From positions 18,609-82,608 of the forward strand of contig JAFROW010000002.1 in NCBI GenBank assembly GCA_017429505.1: 64,000 nt of DNA, written 5' to 3'. The DNA comes from Clostridia bacterium. GTDB taxonomy: Bacteria; Bacillota; Clostridia; TANB77; CAG-508. The position numbers and the translations under genes are program-made. Shown here one piece after another: positions 1 to 8,898 of the stretch; position 1 is the first letter of the stretch; each line of letters starts with the position of its first letter. Under the pieces are notes generated by a model. It worked only from the letters and a program-made list of their open reading frames with translations, was not told the DNA's origin and did not search any database.

Positions 1-272
1 TCTAAGATTCTTTCTAATCTATCATTTGAAAATTCTTGTAACAATTCAGGATTTTCAGTTAACCTTCTCATTAATTTATTTTTCTCAAAATCTGTGTTTT
101 TAGTATCCAAACCACTTTTTAGATTTTCTGCAAAAATATTTTTCTTATTAATTACCTTGTTTTCATCAACAAAATCATTCTTCTTTTTCTGTCTCCAAAA
201 AAACGCTTTTATCTTATTGTAAATTTTTTTTAAAAGATTGTCTTTATAAATTTCAGGTAATTTATTACTCAT
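1..272 (-). CDS. Hypothetical protein; the N-terminal ~90 codons lie in the window and the gene continues past the window start. It is probably co-transcribed with 287..1120.
   Basis: Reading the minus strand downward from an ATG at 272 gives an open frame (MSNKLPEIYKDNLLKK...). It starts 15 bp after the stop of the upstream minus-strand gene. Confidence 0.35.
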   Translation of the reverse strand, partial: MSNKLPEIYKDNLLKKIYNKIKAFFWRQKKKNDFVDENKVINKKNIFAENLKSGLDTKNTDFEKNKLMRRLTENPELLQEFSNDRLERIL

Positions 273-286
273 CTTATTTATCTCCC

Positions 287-1120
287 TTATCTATTGCCTA
301 TTCTCTTTCCTTTAGCTTTTGCAATTTGTTCATCTAAATCTTTTCCTTCTTGTTGAGCAGCTCTAATTTTCTCTAACAATTCTTTTTTTCTCTGTTGTTC
401 AATTGCTTTTAATTCTTCACTTTTTTCATCATTTAATTTTCTAATTTCACCTAATTTAGCTTCCAACTCTTCTACAGATAATTCTTCCAAATTTTCCGTA
501 TTACTTTCTTCATGTTCTGGGTTATTGTTCTTTCTTGCTTTTTCTGCGACTTCACGAATGCTACCAACTAAATCTATTGCACTTTCATAAGCATCTCTAT
601 ATTTTTTAGATTCTGGCGGTGTTGCTTCAAATGCTTCTTTTAGTAAATCTTCCATATTAGGTCCTAAATCTTCCACTACTTGCATTTTTGGAGCCCTACC
701 TATCCCAAATTCTGCAGTTGGTAACCATTTACGACATAATCCTTGATATTTTTTTCCTTCCGAACTATAATATGCCATATACAATAATGCATCTGTAGGG
801 CTTGAAGGGTCTTCACATTGCAACTCACACTGATTCCTATTATATCTGCTCATAATAACTACTCCAGCAAATCTTTCATTTTCCCCTTTTTTATATAATT
901 CTTCTTTTGATATTTGAACTATTTTTGTTTTTTCATCATAGTATAAATGAAGTCCATCTACAACACAATGTAATAATTCAGTTCCATCATCTTCATCTAC
1001 ATATGCAACTTCAGAATTTTCATCGTTAAATTTTGATTGTCTATATGCCTCATCAATTATTGCATCTATATATTCATTATACGTTTCATATCCACTTTTT
1101 CCTTCCATTTTTCCCTCCAA
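287..1120 (-). CDS. Hypothetical protein with a ~170-aa Cys-containing N-terminal domain and a C-terminal charged coiled-coil tail.
   Basis: 277-aa ORF. Local GC is higher than in the neighbouring genes. No motif was recognised. The C-terminus is rich in E/K heptad-like repeats (LEELSVEELEAKLGEIRKL...). Confidence 0.5.
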   Translation of the reverse strand: MEGKMEGKSGYETYNEYIDAIIDEAYRQSKFNDENSEVAYVDEDDGTELLHCVVDGLHLYYDEKTKIVQISKEELYKKGENERFAGVVIMSRYNRNQCELQCEDPSSPTDALLYMAYYSSEGKKYQGLCRKWLPTAEFGIGRAPKMQVVEDLGPNMEDLLKEAFEATPPESKKYRDAYESAIDLVGSIREVAEKARKNNNPEHEESNTENLEELSVEELEAKLGEIRKLNDEKSEELKAIEQQRKKELLEKIRAAQQEGKDLDEQIAKAKGKRIGNR

Positions 1121-1371
1121 TTATAAACATTATTTTTCTAATAAAATCAATTTAAATTACATATTTAAATTGTAGCATACTTACATATTTTTGGCAATAT
1201 ATTCTTCAAAATATTCCATTAAATTTTGATTACAAAAATATTACAAGGATATTACAAAACTAATAGTATAAGTTAAACTTAAAATATCAATATTTATCTT
1301 TCTTTTTTTTTTTAAAAAAGCACCATATTTCTATGGCACTCTTTTATTAATTACTTACATATATGTTCTAA

Positions 1372-2151
1372 TTAAATAGCTTCATCCATTACATTTGTTT
1401 CTTCTGAAGTTGTTTCTGCAGTTTCTTCAGTTTTGTTTTCTGCTTCTTTAACAACTTCTAAGCTTCCAATTGAAACTTCATAAGCTACTTTTTTAAGTAT
1501 TGTTCCATCTTCTAATTTCTTTTCATAATTTCTAGATTGAACACGTCCTACTACTTTAACTTCTGTTCCAACTTCTAAGTTTTGGCAAAATCTAGCATTT
1601 CTTCCCCATGCAATTGAAGGAATGTAGTCTGATTTGTTGTATGCTCTATTTACAGCTAATAATATGTCTGCGATTTCTCTTCCAAATGGTGTTTGTCTGT
1701 AAACTGGCTTTTTGCAAATATAACCAATTAAGACAACTTCGTTTGTAATGTAGTCTTTTCTAAATGCTCTTTCTCTTGCTTCTTCAGGAGATAATTCCTC
1801 ATTTTCTGCAATTTCTTCATTTTCGTTTTGAACATCTTCTTCGTTTTCTTCTAACTTTTCGATGTCTTTAGCAAATACTGTAAGTATTAGCTTATTTTTT
1901 TCATTTTCATAGCTGTTATAAGATCTGAATTGTCCTTTAATTAACAATTTAGTTCCATCTTGTAACATTTCATCTGTGAATAATCTTTCTGAAGCTGTTA
2001 CAGGAATGATGTCAGCTGATCCACTTAAACGTGGAATACATAGGTCAAATGAATAAAACCTTTCTCCATAAATTTCATGGCTAAACTTCTTTTCTGAAGC
2101 TACCTTTCCTACTAATGTTAAGTAGTTGTTCTCTAAATAATTTGTATCCAA
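1372..2151 (-). CDS. SSB-like protein with two tandem OB folds, an acidic linker and an acidic C-terminal tail.
   Basis: The second half (NEVVLIGYICKKPVYRQTPFGREIADILLAVNRAYN...IPSIAWGRNARF...GTEVKVVGRVQSRNYE...VAYEVS) matches the canonical bacterial SSB OB-fold pattern (LIGRL..DP..R.TP.G...LAVNR......D...WG..A...GR.Q.R.Y...V.EV). The first half (LTLVGKVASEK...IPVTASERL...GTKLLIKGQFRSYNS) is a more divergent OB-like repeat. Between them lies a Glu-rich linker. A terminator hairpin follows. Confidence 0.6.
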   Translation of the reverse strand: MDTNYLENNYLTLVGKVASEKKFSHEIYGERFYSFDLCIPRLSGSADIIPVTASERLFTDEMLQDGTKLLIKGQFRSYNSYENEKNKLILTVFAKDIEKLEENEEDVQNENEEIAENEELSPEEARERAFRKDYITNEVVLIGYICKKPVYRQTPFGREIADILLAVNRAYNKSDYIPSIAWGRNARFCQNLEVGTEVKVVGRVQSRNYEKKLEDGTILKKVAYEVSIGSLEVVKEAENKTEETAETTSEETNVMDEAI

Positions 2152-2280
2152 TTTAGATTCCTCCTTGTTATTTTTTAGATTTATCGTATGTAGTCTTATA
2201 TTATTTTAGCCCACTTAAATCTCATATTACTTATTATACACCATTTTTTTCAATTTGTCTACATAAAAAGTTATTTTTTT

Positions 2281-2814
2281 CTAAATTTTTTTCAATTTTT
2301 CTCCAAAAATAGTTAAAATTGTAAAAATTGCCATTGAATTACTTATCTTTTTTAAATTATTTTTTATTATTTCAACATTGACTTCTTGTTCTTCCACGAT
2401 TTTTCCAAAATAATTTTTAAATTTATTTTGTACACATATTAAAATATTTTCAGATTTTATGCTAGACATAGTTATAGTTGCTTTTTGATTCAGCCCATAA
2501 GTAATTATTTCACAATCTTTAAGTAACTTCATATCCTCATTCGCATTAAAAAACTTTTCTTTTCCTTGCATATCAGTATTAATAATCAAAAACTTTGATT
2601 TTTTTATTATATCTTCTAAATATTTTGATGTTTTAAAAAAATCTTCTATATCATCATTTATTACTACTACATCAAATCGAATATTCTTGATATTTTCTAT
2701 ATTCTTTTTATTAATATTTAAAACTTCAAACTTGTTGTTTTTAGCATTTTTTAATACTTCCTTTTTTATAAAATTGCTCTCACTTTCCTTTGCTATAATT
2801 CCAATAAAAGGCAT
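2281..2814 (-). CDS. Hypothetical protein.
   Basis: 177-aa ORF with AT-rich codon usage typical of the host. No motif was recognised. Confidence 0.4.
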   Translation of the reverse strand: MPFIGIIAKESESNFIKKEVLKNAKNNKFEVLNINKKNIENIKNIRFDVVVINDDIEDFFKTSKYLEDIIKKSKFLIINTDMQGKEKFFNANEDMKLLKDCEIITYGLNQKATITMSSIKSENILICVQNKFKNYFGKIVEEQEVNVEIIKNNLKKISNSMAIFTILTIFGEKLKKI

Positions 2815-2991
2815 ACTCTCCCCTTCATAGTTATAATTCTATAATTTTTTGAATTATAACTCTTAATAATATCTTTATTAATGACATTACTTTTAGACAT
2901 TCTCTTTCTATTATATATCAAATTTAGAAAAATATACCTTTTAAAATGAGGACAATTCTCTTTTACTAAAAAAAGAGAACTATCCCCATAT

Positions 2992-3705
2992 TTATACATA
3001 TTCTACTTTTAATAAATACAACCCATTTGGTGGCAAAGTTTTCCCTGCTAAATCTCTTTTTCCTTCTTTAATGATATTTGGAATTTCTTCAGGCTTAAGT
3101 TTTTCTAATCCGACATCAACTAATGTACCTGCAATAATTCTGACCATATTATATAAAAAACCATTTCCTGTAAGTTCTATATAGATTCTATTATTTGGCA
3201 TTTCGTAAACTTTTGCCTTGTAAATTGTTCTTACACTTGATTTACTACTTGTTCCACTTGCTTTAAATGCTTTAAAATTATGTTCTCCTTCAAAATATTT
3301 TATCGCTTCTTGCATTTTCTTTATGTCCAATTTTTGAGAAATATGAGTTTCTAAATTTCTATAAATCGCACTTGCAAATTCTGAATTATTTATAACATAT
3401 CTGTATGTTTTTCTTTTGCAAGAAAGTCTACTATGAAATCTTTCATCAACTTCTTCAGCATCAATAATTCTAATAGATCTTTTTAATTTTGTATTTATTG
3501 CAATTGGAAATTTTTCTATAGGTAAATTAGACTCTGTTTTAAAATTTGCAACTTGCCCCCATGCGTGAACTCCTGCATCAGTTCTTCCAGAAGCATTTAA
3601 TTCCACTTCTTCTCCTGTTATCTGCTTAATTGCATATTCTATACTTCCTTGAATATTTAATTTATCAGGCTGTTTTTGCCATCCGATTAAAGTCTTTTCC
3701 ATCAT
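2992..3705 (-). CDS. truA: tRNA pseudouridine(38-40) synthase TruA.
   Basis: Motifs GRTDAGVHAWGQV and RYV; about 237 aa, the typical TruA length. Confidence 0.9.
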   Translation of the reverse strand: MMEKTLIGWQKQPDKLNIQGSIEYAIKQITGEEVELNASGRTDAGVHAWGQVANFKTESNLPIEKFPIAINTKLKRSIRIIDAEEVDERFHSRLSCKRKTYRYVINNSEFASAIYRNLETHISQKLDIKKMQEAIKYFEGEHNFKAFKASGTSSKSSVRTIYKAKVYEMPNNRIYIELTGNGFLYNMVRIIAGTLVDVGLEKLKPEEIPNIIKEGKRDLAGKTLPPNGLYLLKVEYV

Positions 3706-3945
3706 ATTCTATTGTAAGTTTTATGTTTCGCATAATAAAATCTCCTCTCTTTTTAAGATAAACAATCTATTTAAACTATTACTATATAAAATATAAATTC
3801 ACATGAGTAAATAATATAATTTTTTTAAAAAATTTGTAAAGCGTTTTTCAAACCAAACAAAGTGTATGAAACATAACAAAATTATAGTTCTCAAACTTCT
3901 CAAAATTAAATATAAGATTTTTTTAATGATTAATTTAATTTAAAA

Positions 3946-4040
3946 AACTAAAACCATCGTAAAAATGCATTGTAGTAAATCCTCAGCTTAGTGTTAAAAA
4001 TAGGGGTCTATAGAAATTTATTGTAAAAATATTAATATTA
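3946..4040 (+). repeat. Copy 1 of a conserved ~95-nt intergenic repeat element.
   Basis: Near-identical blocks occur at 60991..61085 and, inverted, at 23191..23281. The shared sequence is gactaaaa-tat-gt-aaaat...taatcctcatg...aaaaa-aggggt-tatagaaatttatt-taaaaata. Confidence 0.6.
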
Positions 4041-4168
4041 AAGTCTATTTACTTGTATTTTCATATACTTGATTTTTTTATTGTTGATTAGCTGTGAATT
4101 TTACCCCAAAAAAATATATATTCTATAAACATATTATATAACTTAAATGATATAGCCAAAAAGCTATA

Positions 4169-5101
4169 TCATTTATCACTTAAAATATTTTTATTTGCAT
4201 TCTTTTTCTCAAAAATATTTTTAATCTTAGAAAATCTTTGATTAATCACATTTTCTTTTTCATTAAATCTTTTTGTAACAATGTTGCTTATAAGAATTTT
4301 TTTCAAAACATCTTCTCTAACATCTGCAATAAGAGTTCCATCTTTTGCAACAGAAATTTTTCCTGTTTCTTCTGATACAACGACAGCAATTGCATCTGAC
4401 TCTTTAGAAATTCCTATTGCTGCTCTATGCCTTGTTCCAAGCTCTTTTGCAATATCTGTATCTGAAGCTAGTGGTAACATACAAGCAGCAGCTGCAATTT
4501 TGTTTTCACTAATTACAACAGCTCCATCATGAAGTGGTGTATTAGGCACAAAAATATTTACCAAAACTTGAGGACTTACATCTCCATTTATTTCTACTCC
4601 TGTAGATATAATGTCTTTAATCTTTATATCTCTTTCAATAACTATTAAAGCTCCTGTTTTTGTTTTTGCAAGCTCTGTTGCAGCAATTACAATTTTGTAA
4701 ATATCTTCTTTAGTTCTGGTTGCAATATCTTTTTCCATTCCAAAGAATTTTGTTATTTTGTTTGTACCAATTTGCTCTAAAGCTCTTCTTATTTCTGGTT
4801 GGAAAATTACTATTATTAAAATAACTCCCCAATTCATTATTGCAGCTAATATGTAATGAAGTATGTTTAGTCCAAGAATTCCACTAAGCCATGTTCCAAT
4901 AATTAAAAATGCTATTCCTTTAACGAGTTGCCATGTTCTTGTTCCTTTAACCATTCTAACAAATAAATATATAAGTAATAAAACTAAAGCTATATCTATT
5001 ATTAAAGAAACTAATTTTACAGGCGACTCTTTATACATATTTATATAAGCTAAAATGTTGTTTTCGTAAAAAGCATTTAATGCTTCACTTACTTTGCTCA
5101 T
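4169..5101 (-). CDS. cdaA: Membrane-anchored diadenylate cyclase (DAC domain; CdaA/DisA_N-like).
   Basis: Three N-terminal TM helices followed by a DAC-domain signature (TPLHDGAVVISENKIAAAACMLPLASDTDIAKELGTRHRAAIGISKESDAIAVVVSEETGKIS). Confidence 0.75.
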   Translation of the reverse strand: MSKVSEALNAFYENNILAYINMYKESPVKLVSLIIDIALVLLLIYLFVRMVKGTRTWQLVKGIAFLIIGTWLSGILGLNILHYILAAIMNWGVILIIVIFQPEIRRALEQIGTNKITKFFGMEKDIATRTKEDIYKIVIAATELAKTKTGALIVIERDIKIKDIISTGVEINGDVSPQVLVNIFVPNTPLHDGAVVISENKIAAAACMLPLASDTDIAKELGTRHRAAIGISKESDAIAVVVSEETGKISVAKDGTLIADVREDVLKKILISNIVTKRFNEKENVINQRFSKIKNIFEKKNANKNILSDK

Positions 5102-5478
5102 CTATATTCTCCTTTTCTTGAATTTTTGTTATAGAAATACTCTTTTACTTATACTAAAATAAATATACTGCCATTCTATAACTTTAAAATATTATTATGA
5201 ATTAATTAGAAAATATAGTACTGTAGAGCATGAAGCTACAAGCATAAATACAACCATTAAAGCTGCTATTATTCTTCCTGCAATTTGAGTTTTTGTTGAT
5301 TTTATTCTTTTCTTTTTTACTTCGTTATTTTCTTTCATTTTTATCATCCTTTCTGAGAGTTACAGTTCCGACATATCTATACTTTTTCTCTCCATTTACA
5401 ATTATATCACATACATTTTAAAAAATCTACTATTTTTCACTCAAATTTTTTTTTATTTTTTATTCCATCTAAAATCAA

Positions 5479-5515
5479 GATGAGACTTGCAACGCAAGTC
5501 CCATCTCTTTTTGGA
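5479..5515. terminator. Hairpin followed by a T-run (stem gatgagacttgc / gcaagtcccatc, loop aacg, then tctttttgg). It is probably the bidirectional terminator after the 5544..6260 gene.
   Basis: 12-bp stem with one mismatch, read directly from the sequence. Confidence 0.5.
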
Positions 5516-5543
5516 AATCTTTTTTTCAGTATCCAGTGTTACA

Positions 5544-6260
5544 TCATGAAAGCACAAGCCAACCTACACTACTACTAAATTTTAAATTGGCCTCTTTCCC
5601 ATAAGTTGGCTTTAGTTCTGCCAATGAAACGTATAAATCATGTTGATAGTTAAACTTATCTATTCCAGCTCTCCAGAATTCAACATTTTTATTGTCGCTA
5701 GAAAGAATTTTATATGTGTTGTGCAGATCATAGAAACCGCACACTTCTTCGCCGCAACCAGTTAGAGCAACTTCAAAGTTAACGTGTGTCTTATTTGGTG
5801 AATATCCAAGATATTCTACCTCTTTCAAGTCAAACACATTATTTATTGCTCTTTCGACAGACCACTTGTTTCGCTTGATTTGCTGGTTTATAATCCAGCA
5901 TAAAAATGTGTAATACTGGTAATCTGTACCCAGCTTCCATCTCTTTCCTTCAACAGGTGGCATTTTAGATACTATCTCTTGCCAACTGTTGCATGATATA
6001 TCAACAGCCGGAATACACCCTTTTTTAAAAATAACTTTTCCTCCCTGTATTGATGGATCCATAATAGGTCTCCAAAAGGGAGGCAACTGAGCATTTTTAA
6101 TTTGTTTTACTGCCTCTTTGAAGCTTTGAATTTTTTTCCAATCAGGTAAAAAATTCAAAACATTGTCATAAAAACCCTTAGCAGTAGGGTTAATACAGAT
6201 CAAACGCGAATCTGTAAGTTTTGAAATTTCCAATTCCCGGTTTTCATCAAATCCAATCAT
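5544..6260 (-). CDS. Hypothetical protein in a compositional island of higher GC; possibly horizontally acquired.
   Basis: 238-aa ORF. GC is clearly above that of the flanking genes. Several Cys residues are present. No family was recognised. Confidence 0.5.
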   Translation of the reverse strand: MIGFDENRELEISKLTDSRLICINPTAKGFYDNVLNFLPDWKKIQSFKEAVKQIKNAQLPPFWRPIMDPSIQGGKVIFKKGCIPAVDISCNSWQEIVSKMPPVEGKRWKLGTDYQYYTFLCWIINQQIKRNKWSVERAINNVFDLKEVEYLGYSPNKTHVNFEVALTGCGEEVCGFYDLHNTYKILSSDNKNVEFWRAGIDKFNYQHDLYVSLAELKPTYGKEANLKFSSSVGWLVLS

Positions 6261-6345
6261 ATTGAAATCCTCCTATATGCTTTAACGGTTTTCTGCAACT
6301 TTACATAATGTATTATATCACAAAATTTATATAAATGCAAGGATT

Positions 6346-7020
6346 TTATGTAAGTTTTTTACAAAAACTCCTTCTATGTATTGGAGTAAGTCCATACTTT
6401 TTTATTGCTTCTATGTGTTTTGCAGTTCCATAACCTTTATGTCCTGCAAATCCATATTCAGGATAAACCTTATCCCATTCTCTCATAATCCTATCTCTTG
6501 TAACTTTTGCAATAATTGATGCAGCTCCAATTGAATAACTTTTTGCATCACCTTTTATTATTGACTTATATGGAATTCCTAAAGTATCTATTCCTGTTAA
6601 TGCATCAACTAAAATAACATTTGGCTTTATTTCCATATTTGCAACTGCTTCATGTAAGCCTTTTTTTGTTGCTTGTAAAATATTTATTTCATCAATTTCA
6701 TCTTGATATATAATTCCGATTCCATAGCTTATTGCTTCACTCAAAATCACATCATACAGCTTTTCTCTTTTACTTTCTGATATTTTTTTTGAGTCATTTA
6801 CTCCTTCAATCATCGAATTTTCTGGTAACATAACACTTGCAACAACAACAGGACCAGCTAGTGGTCCTCTTCCTGCTTCATCTATTCCACAAACATATTT
6901 CATTCCCATATTAAAAAAATCTTGGTCTATTTCTTTTAATTTTAGTAATCTCTGTTCTTCTTTTTCTTTCACTTTTTGAAATTCCTCTCTTATAGTGCAT
7001 AAAATCCTTATAGAATGCAT
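6346..7020 (-). CDS. rnhB: Ribonuclease HII.
   Basis: Motifs CGIDEAGRGPLAGPVV...IIKGD...H. The true start may be the internal Met at about 6909. Confidence 0.85.
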   Translation of the reverse strand: MHSIRILCTIREEFQKVKEKEEQRLLKLKEIDQDFFNMGMKYVCGIDEAGRGPLAGPVVVASVMLPENSMIEGVNDSKKISESKREKLYDVILSEAISYGIGIIYQDEIDEINILQATKKGLHEAVANMEIKPNVILVDALTGIDTLGIPYKSIIKGDAKSYSIGAASIIAKVTRDRIMREWDKVYPEYGFAGHKGYGTAKHIEAIKKYGLTPIHRRSFCKKLT

Positions 7021-7047
7021 TATTATTCAATTATTTGGTTCATAATC

Positions 7048-7572
7048 TTATTCATCTGATAATACACTTTGTAAATTTGATAAAGAATAATGTTTTTCTC
7101 TTTGATAATTTACTCCATTAGGATAAATTACATCCATTAATTTATAATTATCTTTACTATATATTACAACATATTTTTCATCTTTAATTTCTTTTAGTCC
7201 CATATTTATTAATGCATTTCCTGTAACCTCATACGCCACATAATTATTTGTTATTTCTTGACTTACTTGTCCTAAAACATCAGAATTAGTTATATTTATT
7301 GGTCCTGTAAAACCTATCTTATCTGCTGTAAATTCTTCATTTCTTGCAGAATCCTTATTTGATTCATCTTCAGTCCATGTTTTTGCATCAATCTCTTCTG
7401 CATAAGCTTTTGCTTTTGCTTGTATTGTAAGCATATTTATTTCTAAAGTTTGAACCTTAGACTTTGAAATTAATTCTTTTCCCTCATAAGCAGTTATTGA
7501 TGCGATTATTATTAAAACTATAATTGTAAGAATAAGTACAATTAGTGTAATTCCTGAATTATTTTTTTTCAT
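7048..7572 (-). CDS. Pilin-like protein with a class-III-type N-terminal hydrophobic segment (MKKNNSGITLIVLILTIIVLIIIASI) that lacks the canonical Glu5.
   Basis: It has the N-terminal K/N-rich tag, Gly, and a 20-residue hydrophobic helix typical of prepilin-peptidase substrates. A prepilin peptidase gene lies at 24582..25340. A second protein with a very similar N-terminus lies at 31519..32611. Confidence 0.5.
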   Translation of the reverse strand: MKKNNSGITLIVLILTIIVLIIIASITAYEGKELISKSKVQTLEINMLTIQAKAKAYAEEIDAKTWTEDESNKDSARNEEFTADKIGFTGPINITNSDVLGQVSQEITNNYVAYEVTGNALINMGLKEIKDEKYVVIYSKDNYKLMDVIYPNGVNYQREKHYSLSNLQSVLSDE

Positions 7573-7678
7573 GTTAATCTTCCTTTCACTTTTTTATTTA
7601 TTCATTCAAAGAATAAATAAATATTTATATGCATTAAAAAGGACGGACCATAATTTGTATTATAGTACATCCTTATTT

Positions 7679-8407
7679 TTATACAGCTAAATAATATCCT
7701 ACACTTCTCTTGGTTAATAAAATTTTTGGATCAGATGTATCTTTTTCTATTTTTTCTCTAATTCTTCTAACAGTTACATCTACTGTACGTATATCTCCAT
7801 AATATTCGTATCCCCATACTTTTTCTAATAAAACCTCTCTTGAAACAACTTGTCCTGGTTCTGAAGCAAGAAACTTTAATACTTCATATTCTCTTAAAGT
7901 TAAATCCACTCTCTTACCTTCAACCATTACTTCAAATCTGTCTAAGTCTAGTGTTAAAACACCTACTGTTATGATATTGTCTCTTTTTATTTCAACATTA
8001 GGGTTTTGTTCAACATATACTGATGCTTCCGCTTTTCTTAGATTAGCTTTTATCCTTGCAATTAACTCTCTAATACTAAATGGTTTTGTAACATAATCAT
8101 CTGCACCTAATTCTAGTCCTAGTATTTTATCTAATTCACTATCCTTTGCAGTTACCATAAGTATAGGAACATTCATTATACTTTTTATTTTTTTGCAAAC
8201 TGTTAGTCCATCAAACTTTGGTATCATAACATCAAGTAATATTAAATCTGGTCTTTTTTCTATTGCCATCTCTACGGCTTCAACTCCATCTTCTGCGTCT
8301 ATTACACTATATCCTTCTTTACTTAAGTTAACATCTAACAAGTGTCTTATGGCTTTTTCATCATCAACAACTAATATTGTTTTTTTATAATTCTCTTCCA
8401 CAAACAT
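7679..8407 (-). CDS. OmpR-family response regulator (receiver plus winged-helix domains); no cognate kinase is adjacent.
   Basis: LVVDDE...DLILLDVMIP...G receiver motifs and a C-terminal winged-helix domain (RVDLT.REYEVL..L). Confidence 0.85.
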   Translation of the reverse strand: MFVEENYKKTILVVDDEKAIRHLLDVNLSKEGYSVIDAEDGVEAVEMAIEKRPDLILLDVMIPKFDGLTVCKKIKSIMNVPILMVTAKDSELDKILGLELGADDYVTKPFSIRELIARIKANLRKAEASVYVEQNPNVEIKRDNIITVGVLTLDLDRFEVMVEGKRVDLTLREYEVLKFLASEPGQVVSREVLLEKVWGYEYYGDIRTVDVTVRRIREKIEKDTSDPKILLTKRSVGYYLAV

Positions 8408-8499
8408 TCCCTTCCCTTACTTATGATTTTTTATATACTATTTATATCACATTTGTTTTAAGATTACAAGTGTTTTTTTATATTTTACAATGTAAAAGT

Positions 8500-8650
8500 G
8501 ATTTTTTCTTTATCTTCTAGAGTATACACCTTTTTCATTAAATTTTTTAATTCTACATTTATTATGTTAAAATCTTCTACAAGATTTCTAACAGATTCTC
8601 CAGAAATATCAACTAAATAAAGTAATAGATCACATATAACAATTTGACAT
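8500..8650 (-). pseudogene. Internally deleted remnant copy of the obg 3' region.
   Basis: The nucleotide block 8510..8535 matches obg 9160..9185 (atcttctagagtata...). The block 8536..8640 matches obg about 9405..9495 at roughly 85% identity. The ~220 bp between those two obg blocks is absent here. The translated fragment is LLYLVDISGESVRNLVEDFNIINVELK, against obg [27 protein letters not shown]. Confidence 0.6.
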
Positions 8651-8751
8651 AAATCAAAAAAAATAGTATAATATATTATATAAGCGGGAAATAGTTCCTG
8701 CAAAGGGGGCACGTTCCTATTATAAAACGTGCATAATAAAGGAGGCTTTTT

Positions 8752-8865
8752 ATGGAGCAGATTTTAACAATTATCCTCATTGGCGGCACAACTGTTAGCG
8801 GAGTCTTCTCTGCGCGTTATCTTTGGAGAAGAAAACGCTACAAAGAGGAATACTGGATGCAGTAG
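8752..8865 (+). CDS. Small 37-aa membrane peptide (MEQILTIILIGGTTVSGVFSARYLWRRKRYKEEYWMQ) inside a GC-rich islet. It is a candidate small toxin-like or membrane peptide.
   Basis: A strong RBS, AAGGAGG, sits 7 nt upstream of the ATG. The peptide is a hydrophobic helix followed by a basic/aromatic tail. An intrinsic terminator follows immediately. Local GC is about 45%, against a background below 30%. Confidence 0.35.
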   Translation: MEQILTIILIGGTTVSGVFSARYLWRRKRYKEEYWMQ

Positions 8866-8898
8866 ATTCTCAATGTGTCCCAGCCTTCTAAAAAAAGA

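Noticed and set aside
2793-2999. 68-aa ORF overlapping the end of 2281..2814 and the truA start region.
   Set aside because: It overlaps both neighbours and has no RBS. It is probably a random AT-rich ORF.
4281-4532. Plus-strand ORFs inside cdaA, and similar antisense ORFs (8193..8390, 9280..9483, 12536..12745, 22308..22610, 27630..27947, 36282..36542, 47692..48222, 53867..54262, 58439..58816 and others).
   Set aside because: They are embedded antisense within strongly supported minus-strand genes. They have no RBS and low-complexity translations typical of AT-rich shadow ORFs.
8485-8712. Six-frame ORF (75 aa) called as a gene.
   Set aside because: Its sequence is a fused, internally deleted copy of the obg 3' region (nucleotide-level match). 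It is better explained as a pseudogene remnant than as a functional CDS.
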